Shown here: piece after piece, positions 51,201 through 64,000 of the stretch | How the letters are laid out: every line of letters starts with the position of its first letter | Numbering within the stretch: the stretch's first letter is position 1 | Origin: Hypanus sabinus | Lineage: Eukaryota | Length of the DNA: 64,000 bases | Direction of reading: 5' to 3' | NCBI RefSeq assembly: GCF_030144855.1 | Contig: NC_082730.1 | Span: 3,968,001-4,032,000, forward strand | Notes under the pieces: model-generated | What the model saw: the letters and a program-made list of their open reading frames with translations, nothing else | Databases searched by the model: none | Told to the model about the DNA's origin: nothing | Program-made: the position numbers and the translations under genes

Positions 51201-54200
51201 TAAAAAATGGATATGCCTTTCGCTTTGGTTGAAGAATTAGAATGAAACTGTTGCACTTTCCAAAACCTAAAAACTTCTGATTATTATCCTTCCTCACATG
51301 AAACTCCTGCGCAAAAATAATCAGAGCATGCAATCTATGAAAAACTTTAAAAATCTTTTTCTGTTTAATTGGGTGATTCAAACCATTCGTGTTCCATGAA
51401 ACAAAGTTAATAATATTATCCATTTTCCTTAAATAAATGATATAGTATGTAAAGGATTAACCATATTGCATTGGAAACTTATGAATCAGGAAGAGGGAAA
51501 AAAGTTTAAAGAGGAACCAGAAGTTACGACAATACAGACATTTTTGTAGTTTCAAATCAGCCCAAATGAAAAATACTGAAATAAAAATAGCTCCCCCCTA
51601 CTGCGACAAAGACCCGAAACCTGGCCAATAGAAAGCCAGGGAACTACCTAAGAAGCTCCTTACCTCCATCTCTCTTGATGGCAAATCTCCAGATTTAAAA
51701 AAAAAACACCCATAGTCAAAACATTGCAAAAGGAATGCCAAACACAAGTTAAGAAAAAAAAACAGCCATTTGCAGACCATTTCAAAAGACAAGGTCTTAA
51801 AAAATGAAGCAGAATACAATCTTAATAATATTTCAAGAAAAAACAAATGATCATCAAGCCAGAGTCTTAATAACTTTCTAAAGCGAACAATTAAAAATAA
51901 AAAAGGAAAATAATAAAGGAAAAAGAAAGGAACTTTAACATAGAAACATAATAAACCTCCGTACGCCAAAGCAAGGTACTAGAAGAATCAGCACAAGGGC
52001 AAAGTTCTACAAACTTAAAATGTTCGAATCTATAGGCTGGTTATTAATTAATAAACCAGCTACATACAAACATAAAGGAACGGTAAATTTATTAAACATC
52101 TGAGCTCAAACAATGCTCCTCGAGAAATTGTTGTGTGTCATCTATGGATTTAAATCACTTAAACAATTTATCAGGCAGAACAACCCTTAAACGAATGGGG
52201 TATAGCAGAGCCGGTCGGAAATTCCTTTGATATAATTCTGACATCACTGATTTGAAAGTCAAGCTTTCTTGCATTGCCTCAGGACAATAATCTTTAACCA
52301 GATGAAACTTATGATTTTGATGTAAAATAATTCCTTTCTGATGAGTAATTCAAATTAAGCGCTCTTTAGTACTCACATAGTGAAATCGAAGAATCACAGG
52401 GCACGGTTTTAACTCTTTCAACAGTTTTGGTCTTAAATCCCGATGGTTATGGTCGAGTACCAGAGAAGAAGTAAAGACCACCGAGCCAAAGGCCTCCATT
52501 AAGAACTGAGAAAAAATTTTAGTAAGGTCCCTGCTCTCAACGTCTTCACTGAGTCCTATTATTCACAAGTTCTGTCGGCGACTACGACTCTCCAAATCAA
52601 TAACCCAATACTGCTCCAATGTATGAGCAGCTGAGGTTAGTTTCATTTCCAAAGAATTCAGTCTGGAATCTCTGTTTTCCAGCTTCACTAAGTTCTGAAA
52701 TTTGATGTTGCTGTTTTTCGTTCTCCTTTTTGAGTACTGCCAGTTTACCTTCATTCTCCTTTAACATTACTTTCAAAGCACAGAATCTCTTATCAAGTTT
52801 TTCATCCAAAAGATTGGAGACAGCCAGCAAAGTGAGTTGAGGCTGTATAGGTTGTTCGAAGACACCTTCTTTCTTCCCATTTCCATTACCTTGCCTTGGG
52901 CTAATGCCTTTCTTCCTTAGTAGTCATTTACGGCGATTAACATTCAGAATTCAAACATATAAAGCCGTTAAAAACACTTTGATATAGATAATAAAATGGT
53001 GGTAAGGAAATTGAAAAATGACCGGAGCAGAGCCAAAATGTGACCTAGTCCATCTAGCGCCACCAATAGAATCCAGAATGAGTCATAAGTCTGAGGATTG
53101 AGATTGATTACGAACACAGCAAAGGGTAACAGAAATATTGTTGAAGAAAGCAAAAATGGAAAATTGAAGGATATTAAGAACAGACTGTGAGAGCCAAAAT
53201 CAGGAAATGAAACAAACATAGCAGCAGGTACAACTGTAGTTCCCTTACAGACAGAGGTTGGTCTTTGCATTGGGGAATAAGGACCAACGACATAGGCAGG
53301 AAGAGGGATGAGGTCCTGAAGTGTGAGTTTTGGGAACTAGGCAGAAGGCTGAAGAACAGGACCTCAAGGGTGGTGTTCTCAGGATAGATGCCAGTGCTGC
53401 GTGATAGTGATGGTAAGAATTGGAGGAGATGGCAGTTGAATGTGTGGCTGAGGAGTTGGTGCAGGGGGCAGGGTTTTACCTTTTTGGATCATTGGGATCT
53501 CTTCTGGGGAAGGTGGGACCTGCAGAGATTGGATGGGTTGCACGTGAACTCAAGGGGGAGCAATATCCTTGCAGGTAGGTTTGCTTGCATGGTTCAGGAG
53601 GGTTTAAACTAATTTGCAAGGGGGCTGGGACCCGCAGCAATAGAGCAGTGAAAGAAGTGCATGGAGCAACACCAGATCTAGCATATAGAGAGGATTTGAG
53701 GACAGAGAAACAGAAGAAAGGGTGTAAAGGTAGTAAGGTAGAAGGGCTAAAGTGTGTACTTCAATGCCAGAAAGATCAGGAACAAAGGTGATGAACTGAG
53801 AGCTTGGGTACATACATGGAACTGTGATGTAGTGGTCATTACGGAGACTTGGCTGGCACCAGGGCAGGAATGGATTCTCAATATTCCTGGATCTCAGTGC
53901 TTTAAAAGGGACAGAGAGGGGGGGAAAGGGGAGAAGGGGTGGCATTACTGGTCAGGGTTACTATTACAGCTGCAGAAAGGGTGGGTAATGTAGCAGGATC
54001 TTCTTTTGAGTCAGTATGGGTGTAAGTCAGAACAGGAAGGGAGCAGTTTGTCACAGTATGTTGACAAGTCGACTCGGGGGAATTCCATACTAGATCTAGT
54101 ATTTGGTATCGAACCGGGTCAGGTCGCTGATCTCTCAGTGGGTGAACATCTGGGGGAGAGTGATCACCGCTCGCTGGCCTTTAGTACTATCATGGAAAAG

Positions 54201-57200
54201 GATAGAATCAGAGAAGACAGGAAAATTTTTAAGTGGGAAAGGGCAAATTATGAGGATATAAGGCTAGAAGTTGCGGGTGTGAATGAGATGATGTTTTTGC
54301 AGGGAAATTTACTATGGACATGGTCGATGCTTAAGGATCTCTTGCAGGAAATTAGGGAAAAATTTGTCCCAATGAGGAAGATAAAGATTGGTAGGGTGAA
54401 GGAACCATGGGTGACAAGTGAAGTGGAATATCTAGTTAGGTGGAAGAAGGCAGCATACATGAGGTTTAGGAAGCAAGGATCAGATGGGTCTATTGAGGAA
54501 TATATGGTAGCAAGAAAGGAGCTTAAGAAGGGGGCATGAGAAGTCCTTGGCGAGTAGGGTAAAGGAAAACCCCAAGGCATTCTTCAATTATGTGAAGAAG
54601 AAAAGGATGACAGGAGTGAAGGTAGGGCTGATTAGAGATAAAAGTGGGAAGATGTGCCTGGAGGCTGTGGAAGTGAGCGAGGTCCTCAATGAATACTTCT
54701 CTTTGGTATTCACCACTGAGAGGGAACTTGATGACGGTGAGGACAATATGAGTGAGGTTGATGTTCTGGAGCATGTTGATATTAAGGGAGAGGAGGTGTT
54801 GGAGTTGTTAAAATACATTTTGATGGATAAGTCCCCGGGGTCTGACGGAATATTCCCCAGGCTGCTCCACGAGGCAGGGGAAGAGATTGCTGAACCGCTG
54901 GCTAGGATTTTGATGTCCTGGTTGTCCACGGAAATGGTACTGGAGGACTGGATGGAGGTGAATGTTGTCCCTTTGTTCAAAAAAGGTAGTAGAGATAGTC
55001 CAGGTAATTATAGACCAGTGAGCCTTATGTCTGTAGTGGGAAAGCTGTTGGAAAAGATTCTTAGAGATAGGATTTATGGGCATTTAGAGAATCATGGTCT
55101 AATCAGGGACAGTCAACATGGCTTTGTGAAGGGCAGATTGTGCCTAACAAGCCTGATAGATTTCTTTGAGGAGTTCACCAGGCATATAGATGAGGGTGGA
55201 ACAGTGCATGTGATCTACATGGATTTTAGTAAGGCATTTGACAAGGTTCCACATGGTAGGCTTATTCAGAAAGTCAGAAGGCATGGGTCCAGGGAAGTTT
55301 GGCCAGGTGGATTCAGAATTGGCTTGCCTGCAGAAGGCAGAGTGTTGTGGTGGAGGGAGTACTTTAGGATTGGAGGGGTGTGACTAGTGGTGTCCCATAA
55401 GGATCTGTTCTGGGACCTCTACTTTTTGTGATTGTTATTGACGACCTGGATGTGTGGGTAGAGGGCGGGTTGGAAAGTTTGCAGATGACACAAAGGTTGG
55501 TGGTGTTGTAGATAGGGTAGAGGATTGTCGAAGATTGCAGAGACACATTGATAGGATGCAGAAGTGGGCTGACAATTGGCAGATGGAGTTCAATCCGGAG
55601 AAGTGTGAGGTGGTACACTTTGGAAGGACTAACTCCAAGGCAGAGTACAAAGTAAATGGCAGGATACTTGGTAGTGTGGAGGAGCAGAGGGATCTAGTGG
55701 TACATGTCCACAGGACCCTGAAAGTTGCTTCACAGGAGATAGAGTAGTTAAGATAGCTTATGGGGTGTTAGCTTTCATAAGTCAAGGAATAGAGTTTAAG
55801 AGACGCGAAGTAATGTTGCAACTCTATAAAACTCTGGTTAGGCTACACTTGGAGTACTGTGTCCAGTTCTGGTCGCCTCACTATAGGAAGGATGTGGAAG
55901 CATTGGAAAGGGTATAGAGGAGATTTACCAGGATGCTGCCTGGTTTAGAGAGTATGGATTATGATCAAAGACTAAGGGAACTAGGGCTTTACTCTTTGGA
56001 GAGAAGGAAGATGAGAGGAGACATGATAGAGGTGTACAAGATATTAAGAGGAATAGACAGGGTAGACATCCAGCACCTCTTCCCCAGGGCAGTGCTGCTA
56101 AGTACAAGAGGACATGGCTTTAAGATAAGGGGAGGGAAGTTCAAGGGGGATTTTAGAGGAAGGTTTTTCACTCAGTGAGTGGTTGGTGCGTGGAATGCAC
56201 TGCCTGTGTCAGTGGTGGAGGCAGATACACTAGTGAAGTTTAAGAGACTACTAGACAGGTATATGGAGTATTTAGTACTTTCTTCATTGTACAGCCGCGC
56301 ATGGCCGGGAAATGGGTTGGAACCAGAGAAGTTGTCCCAAACAAACTCTGATACATTTGTTAAAATCTCTTCATCTCCATCATATGAGACCAGAGATAAA
56401 AGCAGTCAGCAGTTCAGGTCACATTGTGGAATGAGAAAAGAGCCAACATTTCAACGGATTCTGCCCGACCTGCTGAGTTCATCCAGGATATTAACCAGAA
56501 TGTATAGATGTGAGCTATTGAACAGGAAGCCTGGTCCGGTAGGTCAGGCTGGACACCATCTCCACTACCACATCCAGCTAGATTCTCTTACACCCTTCTT
56601 AAGCCAGTCACCCCTAGTGGGGCACAGGCTGTTGACAGCAGCTCACTAGAGACCTCTATCCATCTAAACAGGGAATTCTGACTCTCCAGGACACCAGAAA
56701 CCTGCCCAGAAACTGTAGCATTGGACTGTACACCCTCTTTGCTCCAAGGTCTTATGAGAAGTGGCAGAGTCCTCAGAGACGGACCCTAACTGCGACTTCA
56801 CACTCACCACCTCACACTGGAGATCCAGGCAACAGGTGAGGGTCGGACAGTGCAGTGTGTACAGGAGCAGCTGGTGCAAGGAACCCCCTGGGGATGGGAG
56901 GTGCTGCCTGTGGGACATTTCCCACAGTGAGGGTATCCCTGTGACAGATCTCAAACCTCCATGAATATGTCTGTGACCACAACCCCCACCCGACCATTGA
57001 TACCTGGCTGCAGGCTGAAACTTCATTTCTCCGGATTGGGTACACAGAGTCTTGAGTCCTGATGAAGGGTCTCAGCATGAAACAACAGGAACTTTGTCTT
57101 GCTTGTCTCACAGGGCTGGGAGCAACATGATGGACAGAATGTCTTTTTCCAGTGTCTTTGATTTTCCCAGGTGTGATTCCTCTTCCTATCACTGACCTCA

Positions 57201-60200
57201 CCTATGGACTGTCTTGTCTTGTCTCCTCAGCTGGGACTGCGGTTCCCCCCACCAATGTGACCGGAACTCAGGGACACTCGGTCTCCTTACATCCTGGGAT
57301 CCCAGTCGAACCGGACTTTGAGGTTCATTGGATTCGGGTATCGCCCAGAATCAAGATTGTGACGTACTCGAATGGGAACATCACGTACTTCAGAATCGAT
57401 CAGTACAAGAACAGGATCACATTCCATCCCGGGAACGTCAGTCTGGAAATCCAAGATCTACGGAGAAATGACTCTGGTGATTATGACGTGATTTTTACAG
57501 TTCCAAGTTCAGGACATGAAAATAAAACAAGAGTGCGACTGGAGGTGTACGGTGAGTGAGACACTGCGGAGGGGCCACCAGTTCCTGAAACACCCCTAAT
57601 GGATGGGTGAGGGCAGATCCTGTGTGTTTCTCTGTTTACTAAAGCCCACTGACTACCCGTGGCTGGGGCTGGGCTCATGGTTCCAGTGTAGTGAGTCTGG
57701 AGGATACACCCGCCACATCCACTGAGGCGGAGTCAGGAGCCGGGAGGGATCGAACCAACAATGGGGAATTTCATGTGTCTGAGACTGAGGGAGCTCAGCA
57801 CACAGGGAGAATGGACCTGGTGTGAATGGGCTGGACAGTCTGTATCTGTGGGTCTCAGTTACACACTCTATCCCCAGGTCAAAGGCCTGGTCTGTCATGT
57901 TCAGGGATCCCAGTTATCCCATCTGTTTCCCAGGACACTGCTTGATAATTCCCACAGACTGAAGTCTGAGCTCAGCAAGGTGTTTATTCCTCAGCCTTCA
58001 TGCTGTGCTGTGCTGAGTGAGACCCTGTGTATTCATTACATTGAATATAGTGTCCCAGTGAGTGACACAGTACACGGACAAAACAGCACACTCACACACA
58101 GCAATATGGTTCCTGACTCACTCTGACAGTAATACACATTCACAATAATCTCACTCAGCAGCGTCTGACTGAGAAACCTTCTCTCCACTGTTTGAGCGCA
58201 TTGTGTAGTTAAGGAATATCACAAATATTAACCTCAGCAACAACCCATCTTCAGACATGAAGGTGGATTGCAGATTGAATGTAAAATGCTTCTCTGAGCA
58301 GTAGTTTTCTTGCAGCTGTAGGCTGGAGTTCATTGCAAACCAGACAATTCCATTTAACATCCATTTTGCTGGTCTGGAGTGTGGGTGTGAAGAAGGGGGT
58401 GTGTAAAAAATATATGCAAGTCAAAGGAAGCATTGTAGATACATTAAATCTATACAATTATCCTGCATTTACCACTGACCTTTAGCATATAAAAATATCA
58501 TATAATATTGTGTCGGGAGGCCGTTTCCTCCAAGATTGTCTGAATATGATGCCTGCTGCTTGTTTTTGTTGAATAAGACATTTCTATATCCACCAGCTTT
58601 GGTGTCTCTCCGGTGAGTTCATGTTACAACATCCTCCATCCCAGTGTTAATGTTCACCATTAGAGGGAGGAGATCATCAGAACATGGGAAATAGAACACA
58701 GAAGATCGAAAGTCATGAACATGGGTTGAAGACAGAGACCTCCTCTGGGATCAAGTCGGGGGAAAGTAATTGAGGTTTACAAAATTACGAGGGGGATAGA
58801 CAGTGTAAATGCAAGCAGGCTTTTTCCACTGAGATTGGGCCAGAGCAGAGTTAGAGGTCATGGGTTAAGGGTGAAAGGTAAAATATTTAAGAGGAACATG
58901 AGGAGGAACCTTCACAATGGGTGCTGAGCACACTGTATAGACTGCCAGCAGTCATGATGTATGTGAGTTTGGTTTGAAAATTTGAAAGAAATTTGGATAG
59001 GTACAGGTATGGAATGGTTCTGTTGGGCTATGGTTTTGGTGCAGGTTGAGTGACAAGGCAGATTAAGAAATCTACATAGACTAGATGGGCTGAAGGGCCT
59101 GTTTCTGTTCTGTAGTTTTCTGGGACTCTATGACTCTCTGAATCAGATAGTAGTCAATGAAACCTTTCAGCCAATTAACCTGTTCTATACATCAGCTCTA
59201 TGAAAGGATGGAGAACTGCAAGTTCTGCATCAGATCCAGCTGGAGACGGGCCCTTGTGTATAAACTGGTCTCCACTGGAATAGTGTCAGAAGTCAGAATC
59301 AGTGTGTCAGAGTGGGAGCAGGATGGAGAATCAAAGTGACAGCCTCTAGAAATTCTGAGTCACAATGGTGCCTGAATTGAAACGTCCCTCAAGGTGGTCG
59401 GTGACACTGAGTCTGGTTTCTCAGTGGAGAGAAGGTCACCGTGTGAACACTGAGTGAGTTCACTGCATTAGGAGTACACGTCAATCTCTGTTTCATTCCT
59501 TTGGTGCCGTGAATGGAGGGAAGGGAAACGGTCATGTGACACTTCCTCCTGTGTGTGTCCAGAACGTGGTGTGGGACATGGAGTGGTGGGAGCTGTGGGT
59601 GTGGCAGTAGAGCAGAGCAAGGTGTTACTCAGGGAGAAACTGGTCAAAATATGTAAGAAAGAGGGAAGGGAGTGGAATGTAAGTCTGAGGATAGTGTAAA
59701 CTAAATGGGTAAAGTTACTCGAAGGTATTCTAAATGACCAAGCATAAAAATATTTGGATTGGGAGATAGTTGAAATGTCTCTCTGTGTGGTAGATTGATG
59801 AAGGAAAAGCAGTTAAATTTGTCTACATGGACTTTAACAATGTCCTGCATGGGATGTTGGTGAAGAATGTTTATTGCCATGGCATTCAGGTTGAGGTTGC
59901 AAATTGGATTCGACATCGGCTTTGCAGGTGATCTACGAGATGGTTGTCTCTCTGATTGGAGGACCGTGATTAGTGATGTGCCTCAAGGATTGGTGTTGGG
60001 TCCTTATTTGTTATCTCTATCAGCAATCTGGATGGCAATGTGGTTAACTGGATCATCAGGTTTGTGGATGACACTGATTGGGGGTGTATAGGACAGTGAG
60101 GAAGACTATCAAAGCCTGTAGAGCAGGAATAATGAGCTGAAAATTAGCAGCTTGAATTTAATGCAGATGAGTACGAAACTTTGACCCTTGGGAAGTAAAC

Positions 60201-63200
60201 CAGGCTGGAACTTAAATAACGACCAGTCAGGTACTGAAGTGTGTAGTAGAATTGAGGGATCTGGGAATACAGAACCATAATTTCTTCAAAGTGGTGTCAC
60301 AGGTAGATAGGGTCATAAAAAAAGCTTTTGGCACATTGGCCTTCATCAAATCAAGGGATTGAGTACAGGAGATGCAATGTGATGTTGAAATTTTATAAGA
60401 CCTTGGAGAGGACTAATTTGGAGTATTTGTGCAATTCTGGTCACCTATGTACATGAAAGGTATCAATTAGATTGAAAGAGTGCAGAGTATCAGGACTTGA
60501 GGACCTGAGTTATAGAGGAAGTTGGGGGAATTTCTTCACCCAGAGGGTGGAACAAGGTGCAGGTGGAAGTGTTGGGACCAGGTTCGATTTCAATGTCTAA
60601 ATGAGATTTGAATAAATATTGGGAGGGATGTGGAAGGCGATGTACAGATGTAGGTCAGAGGGGCTAGTTATGGACTAGATGGACTGAAGGGCTTTTTTAG
60701 CCACTGCAATGCTCTGTGATTCAATGTAGTCTCATTGAAAGGACCAGGAAGCATAGATGTTGATCCACTGAAGGTGGAGACCAGTGGGGTTGAAGGAAAG
60801 GGCCAGAGGAAACTTATCCTTGCTTTCGGTGGGAGAGGGTGTGAGCACAGAGACGTAAGCAATGGAACAGGTTCTCAGGGTCTCACACCTTCATCATAAT
60901 CTGGGCAGGCAGAGTGGAGATTGAGAGATTGACAGAATAGAATGGGCTGTGTCTTGTGTTGGACCAGATTCAAGGCAGCTCAGGGCTGGGGCTCACTCAG
61001 GTTTTAGGCTTTGCAGGGATTCAGGGACCACACAGAGGAGGAACAAAAGACATGGAAATGGAGAGAATTCCTGGAATAGAGCGCTATAAACAGGACATGA
61101 TGGAGAGTTTGTAGATGAGTGTGGGTTGTGTTTGGGAAAGAGGGTGCAGCACGTGGGAACTTGCTTCAGCAGCAAGTGACTGAACAGCAGGGTGAGGGAA
61201 GGTTTAAATCGTTTGGGTAAAAATGAGGTGGGATTGGTTTGAAGTTTACTCTGGACTGTTGGGGATGGGACGAGGGCGTTGAGGATCGAGCTGTCCACGA
61301 TGATCTCCTTTACTCATCTTCTATCTCTCCCTCACGCCCTCAGAGCCTGTGTCAGGAGCAAACATCATGGTTCAGAACATCACCAGGACCTGTAGCCTCA
61401 CCCTGACCTGCTCTGTGACCTCTGGCAACCCCACCAGCTTCAGTTGGTGGAGAAGGGGAGATGTTACAGGACACAACGGCAGCCATCACTTCTGGAAACA
61501 CGGAGAGACGATACAGGTTCATTGCACAGCAGAGATGGAGGATGTGGTGTACGGGTGTGAGGCCAGCAACCCCATCAGTGAGGACACCGCACAGGTCCGG
61601 CTGGGGAACGTCTGTAATCTGGACACATGTAGTGAGTGTCAGAGGAAGGAGTTGGGATTTAGTTATCTCCCCATCCCAGGACTGTGAGATGGGACAGCTT
61701 AGAAGAGCTTAATAAAAACATAAACATTTACAGCAGATTACAGACCCTTTGACCCACAATGTTGTGCTAACCATGTAACCTACTCTAAAATCTGCCCAGA
61801 ATTTCACTATAGCACAGCCCTTGAGTTTCCTAAGCTCCATGCTCCTATCGAACAATCTCTTAAAAGACCCTATTGAATCTGTCTCTACCAGCATTGCTGG
61901 CAGTGCATTCCATGCACCCACCAGTCTCTGTGTGAAAACTTACCTCTAACAGCCCCCTTGTACCTACTTCCAAGCATCTTAAAACAATGCCCCTTTGTGT
62001 TGGCTATTTCAGTCCTTTGATACAGCCTCTGGCTAGCCACGCGATCAATGCCCCTCATCATCTTTTACACCTCCATCAGGTCACCTCGCATCCTCTTTTG
62101 CTCCAAGGAGTTCACTCAACCTATTCTCTTAAGGCATGCTCCCCAATCCAGGGAACATCCTTGTAAATCTCCTCGACACACTTTCTATGGTTTCCATATC
62201 CTTCCTGTAATGAGGTGATCAGAATGAGCACAGTACTCCAAGTGGGGCCTAACTAAGTGTATCTCCACCTCCCTCACACTGGCCCTCAATAACCCCTCTA
62301 CTCAAGCTCAGCCTCCACCTCCCTGACCACTGGGTATCTCAGCCATCCTAAATAATCCTTCCCTCCAATCTAATCATTCCTTCACTCCAGCAAGATTGCA
62401 CAGTTGTTTCAGTATGGACCATCTGCAAAATGCACTGCAGATCCTCACCCAGGCTATGCTGACAAATATGAGTGGAGGCTTAGTATAAAATACAAAATTG
62501 AAGGTTAACTACAAAGTAAACGGTCCTCTGCAGTATCCTCTCAGACAGTGTCTGAGAGCAGAATACATACAAACTGAAGTTTTTAAGAAAGCACATGGTA
62601 CATTGGCCTTCATCAACCATGGGATTTAGTTCAAGAGCCGAGAGGTAATGTCAGACCCAACTTGGATTTCTGGTCACCTCACTGCAGGAAGGATATGGAA
62701 ACTATAGAAAGGTTTCAGAGGAGATTTACAAGGACGTTGCCTGGATTGGGGAGCATGCCTTATGAGAATAGTTTGAGTGAACTCGGCCTTTTCTCCTTGG
62801 TGTGGTGGATGATGTGATGTGACCTGATAGAGGCGTATAAGATGATAAGAGGCATTGATCGTGTGGACAGTCAGAGGCTTTTTCCCAGGGCTGAAATGGC
62901 TAACATGAGAGGACACAGTTTTAAGGTGCTTGGATGTAGGTACCGAGGAGATATCAGGGGTAAGTTTTTTTAATGCAGAGAGTAGTGAATGAGTGGAATG
63001 GGCTGCCGGAAATGGTGGTGGAGGTGAATACAACAGGGTCTTTTAGGAGAATCCTGTATAGGCGCATTGGAGCTCAGAAAAATAGAGGGCTATGGGTAGC
63101 CCTAGGTAATTTCTAAGGTAGGGACATGCTCGGCTCAGCTTTGTGGGCTGAAAGGCCTGTATCGTGCTGTAGGTTTTCTATGTTTCTATGTTTGAGAAGA

Positions 63201-63987
63201 TGGGCAATTTCAGTTTTGATTCTTCCACCATTTCCTTAATTCCTGTCACAACATTTTCAAATGTCAACAGTATTGTTCTTTTGTGTACCAATGGGAGCAC
63301 CATAGAGTAGGAGGAAATGGGGGGAGTGATGTGATAGTGACTGGAGGGAATAGAGGATGAGGGGACTGAGGGGTATTGAAGGGGTGGAGTGCAGGTCAGT
63401 GATGCGATGTTGATTAGAGGGAGTGGGGAAAGAGGGGACTGACGGGTATCAGAGGGGTGGTGATGGGTTTGGAGATGAGTGATTTGATGGTGATTGGAGA
63501 GAATTGGATGGAAGGATTGAGGGGTACTGGAGGGGAGGGGTGGGATGGAGGACAGTGAGGTGATAGTGATCGGAGGGAATCGGGACAGGGGACTGAGGGT
63601 TATTGGAGGGAAAAAGGTTGGAGGGACTGAGGGATGTTGGAAGGGAGGGGAGCAGGGTGGAGAGGTGGGGTTTGGAGGGGATTTATGTGATGGTGATTTC
63701 AGGGTACTGAGGGACTATGTTGAGGTGACAGGGAGTTTTCTCCGACTGAGGAGGGATGGAGTGAATTCATCAATCCTGTGTCACTGGGAATGTGAGGACT
63801 GGATTCATCAGGAAATCTTTTCTCCTCTGTGTTACAGCCCCTAAAACAACAGCGGTGTCGATTGCACTGACCCTGGTAATTGTACTGTCAGTGGCGGGGA
63901 CCCTCCTGATCTTTGCTCTCACTGTGATCCTCAGGGTCACATGGAGGAGAAGAGCTGATGGAAGGGAAGGAACTTCAGGGACTGAAG
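42224..63987 (+). CDS. CD2/SLAM-family receptor, paralog B (exons 42224-42278, 57231-57551, 61344-61631, 63838-63987; cytoplasmic exon beyond window)
   Basis: Same exon structure and phases as paralog A, with all four exons open. About 74% aa identity to A in V and 87.5% in C2 (counted by eye). Confidence 0.85.
46106..50241 (+). mobile_element. Tigger/pogo-like DNA transposon remnant nested in the L1
   Basis: TIRs CAGGTGTCCCCC / GGGGGAAACCTG. TA target (46104-05; aa at the right end) splits the L1 ORF2 WDT codons. Transposase C-terminal remnant DIEGVLASHDQEL...SSILSFFKPSTS. Confidence 0.75.
46738..49544 (+). mobile_element. 5'-truncated L1 nested in the Tigger element
   Basis: RT motifs SGKAPRLDG, RPISLLNVDAKILSK, SLDAEKAFDRVEW, GTRQG, LYADD; Cys domain; (AAAATG)n tail. 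The Tigger sequence resumes on either side. Confidence 0.9.
50774..51088 (-). mobile_element. 5'-truncated Rex1/Babar-like LINE nested in L1 ORF2
   Basis: Element-strand 3' end caatttccctcgggatcaataaagtatg(tctg)n; interrupts the L1 APE motif VNI|YAPN. Confidence 0.65.
53289..56270 (+). mobile_element. CR1 LINE specific to paralog B intron 1 (both ends truncated)
   Basis: ORF1 esterase end (FLDHWDLFW, DGLHVN). ORF2 pieces 53754-56260 with YFNAR, TETW, SDH, YRPVSL, YMDFSKAFDKV, KFADD. Absent from paralog A. Confidence 0.9.
57231..57551 (+). CDS. Paralog B exon 2, V-set Ig domain
   Basis: Acceptor gtctcctcag| and donor TACG|gtgagt. Translation GTAVPPTNVTGTQGHSVSLHP...EVHW...YKNRITF...DSGDY...RLEVY. 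Confidence 0.92.
58730..59130 (+). mobile_element. CR1 3' fragment within the B-specific intron 2 segment
   Basis: Degenerate CR1 ORF2 end and 3'UTR (gggctgaagggcctgtttctg...ctatgactct). Confidence 0.65.
61344..61631 (+). CDS. Paralog B exon 3, C2-set Ig domain
   Basis: Acceptor ctcacgccctcag| and donor TGTA|gtgagt. Six Cys as in paralog A; SNPIS motif. Confidence 0.92.
63838..63987 (+). CDS. Paralog B exon 4, transmembrane
   Basis: Acceptor gtgttacag|. Translation PKTTAVSIALTLVIVLSVAGTLLIFALTVILRVTWRRRADGREGTSGTE, followed by AAG|gcaagt. Confidence 0.85.
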
Positions 63988-64000
63988 GCAAGTAGATCTG

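Larger units (their letters stand above)
42883..53074 (-). mobile_element. Full-length degenerate L1 (about 5.7 kb net) carrying nested insertions, in paralog B intron 1
   Basis: TSD agaatgagtc at 42873-42882 and 53075-53084; empty site in paralog A (~17086). T-rich tail at 42883. ORF1 remnants ~52290-52930; APE (SWNTNGLNHPIK) at 51196-51423; RT and Cys-domain remnants at 43542-46056. Confidence 0.9.

Noticed and set aside
58070-59512. Extra exon or domain in the B-specific intron 2 segment
   Set aside because: Only a CR1 fragment and unassignable sequence; no Ig-like or phase-1/1 open exon found.
1-64000. Prokaryotic features (CRISPR arrays, operons, defence systems), rRNA or tRNA genes
   Set aside because: The sequence is spliced eukaryotic DNA, and no regularly spaced repeat-spacer array or intact structural RNA gene was seen.

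Overview
This is vertebrate genomic DNA. The CR1-, L2- and Penelope-rich repeat landscape suggests a cartilaginous fish, probably a ray (inference). Most ORF-track entries are retroelement fragments or chance ORFs. The real genes are spliced: two tandem paralogs of a CD2/SLAM-family receptor (leader, cysteine-less V-set Ig domain, C2-set Ig domain, TM exon, cytoplasmic exon). Paralog A is complete at 15812-30493 (321 aa as modelled). Paralog B runs from 42224 past the window end. The first ~2.5 kb match the 3' flank of paralog A, implying a third unit upstream. The V exons differ mostly by amino-acid-changing substitutions on the presumed ligand-binding face. The TM segments differ in the position of an Arg, the modelled tail has no Tyr motif, and both paralogs appear to use a GC splice donor after the TM exon. 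The rest is decayed TEs: Gypsy gag/protease remnants, an RNase H-bearing I-group LINE, CR1s, L1s (including an L1>Tigger>L1 nest with TSDs), Tc1, Rex1, SINEs and Penelope-derived hairpin/hammerhead relics. All alignments and counts were done by eye, with no database searches.
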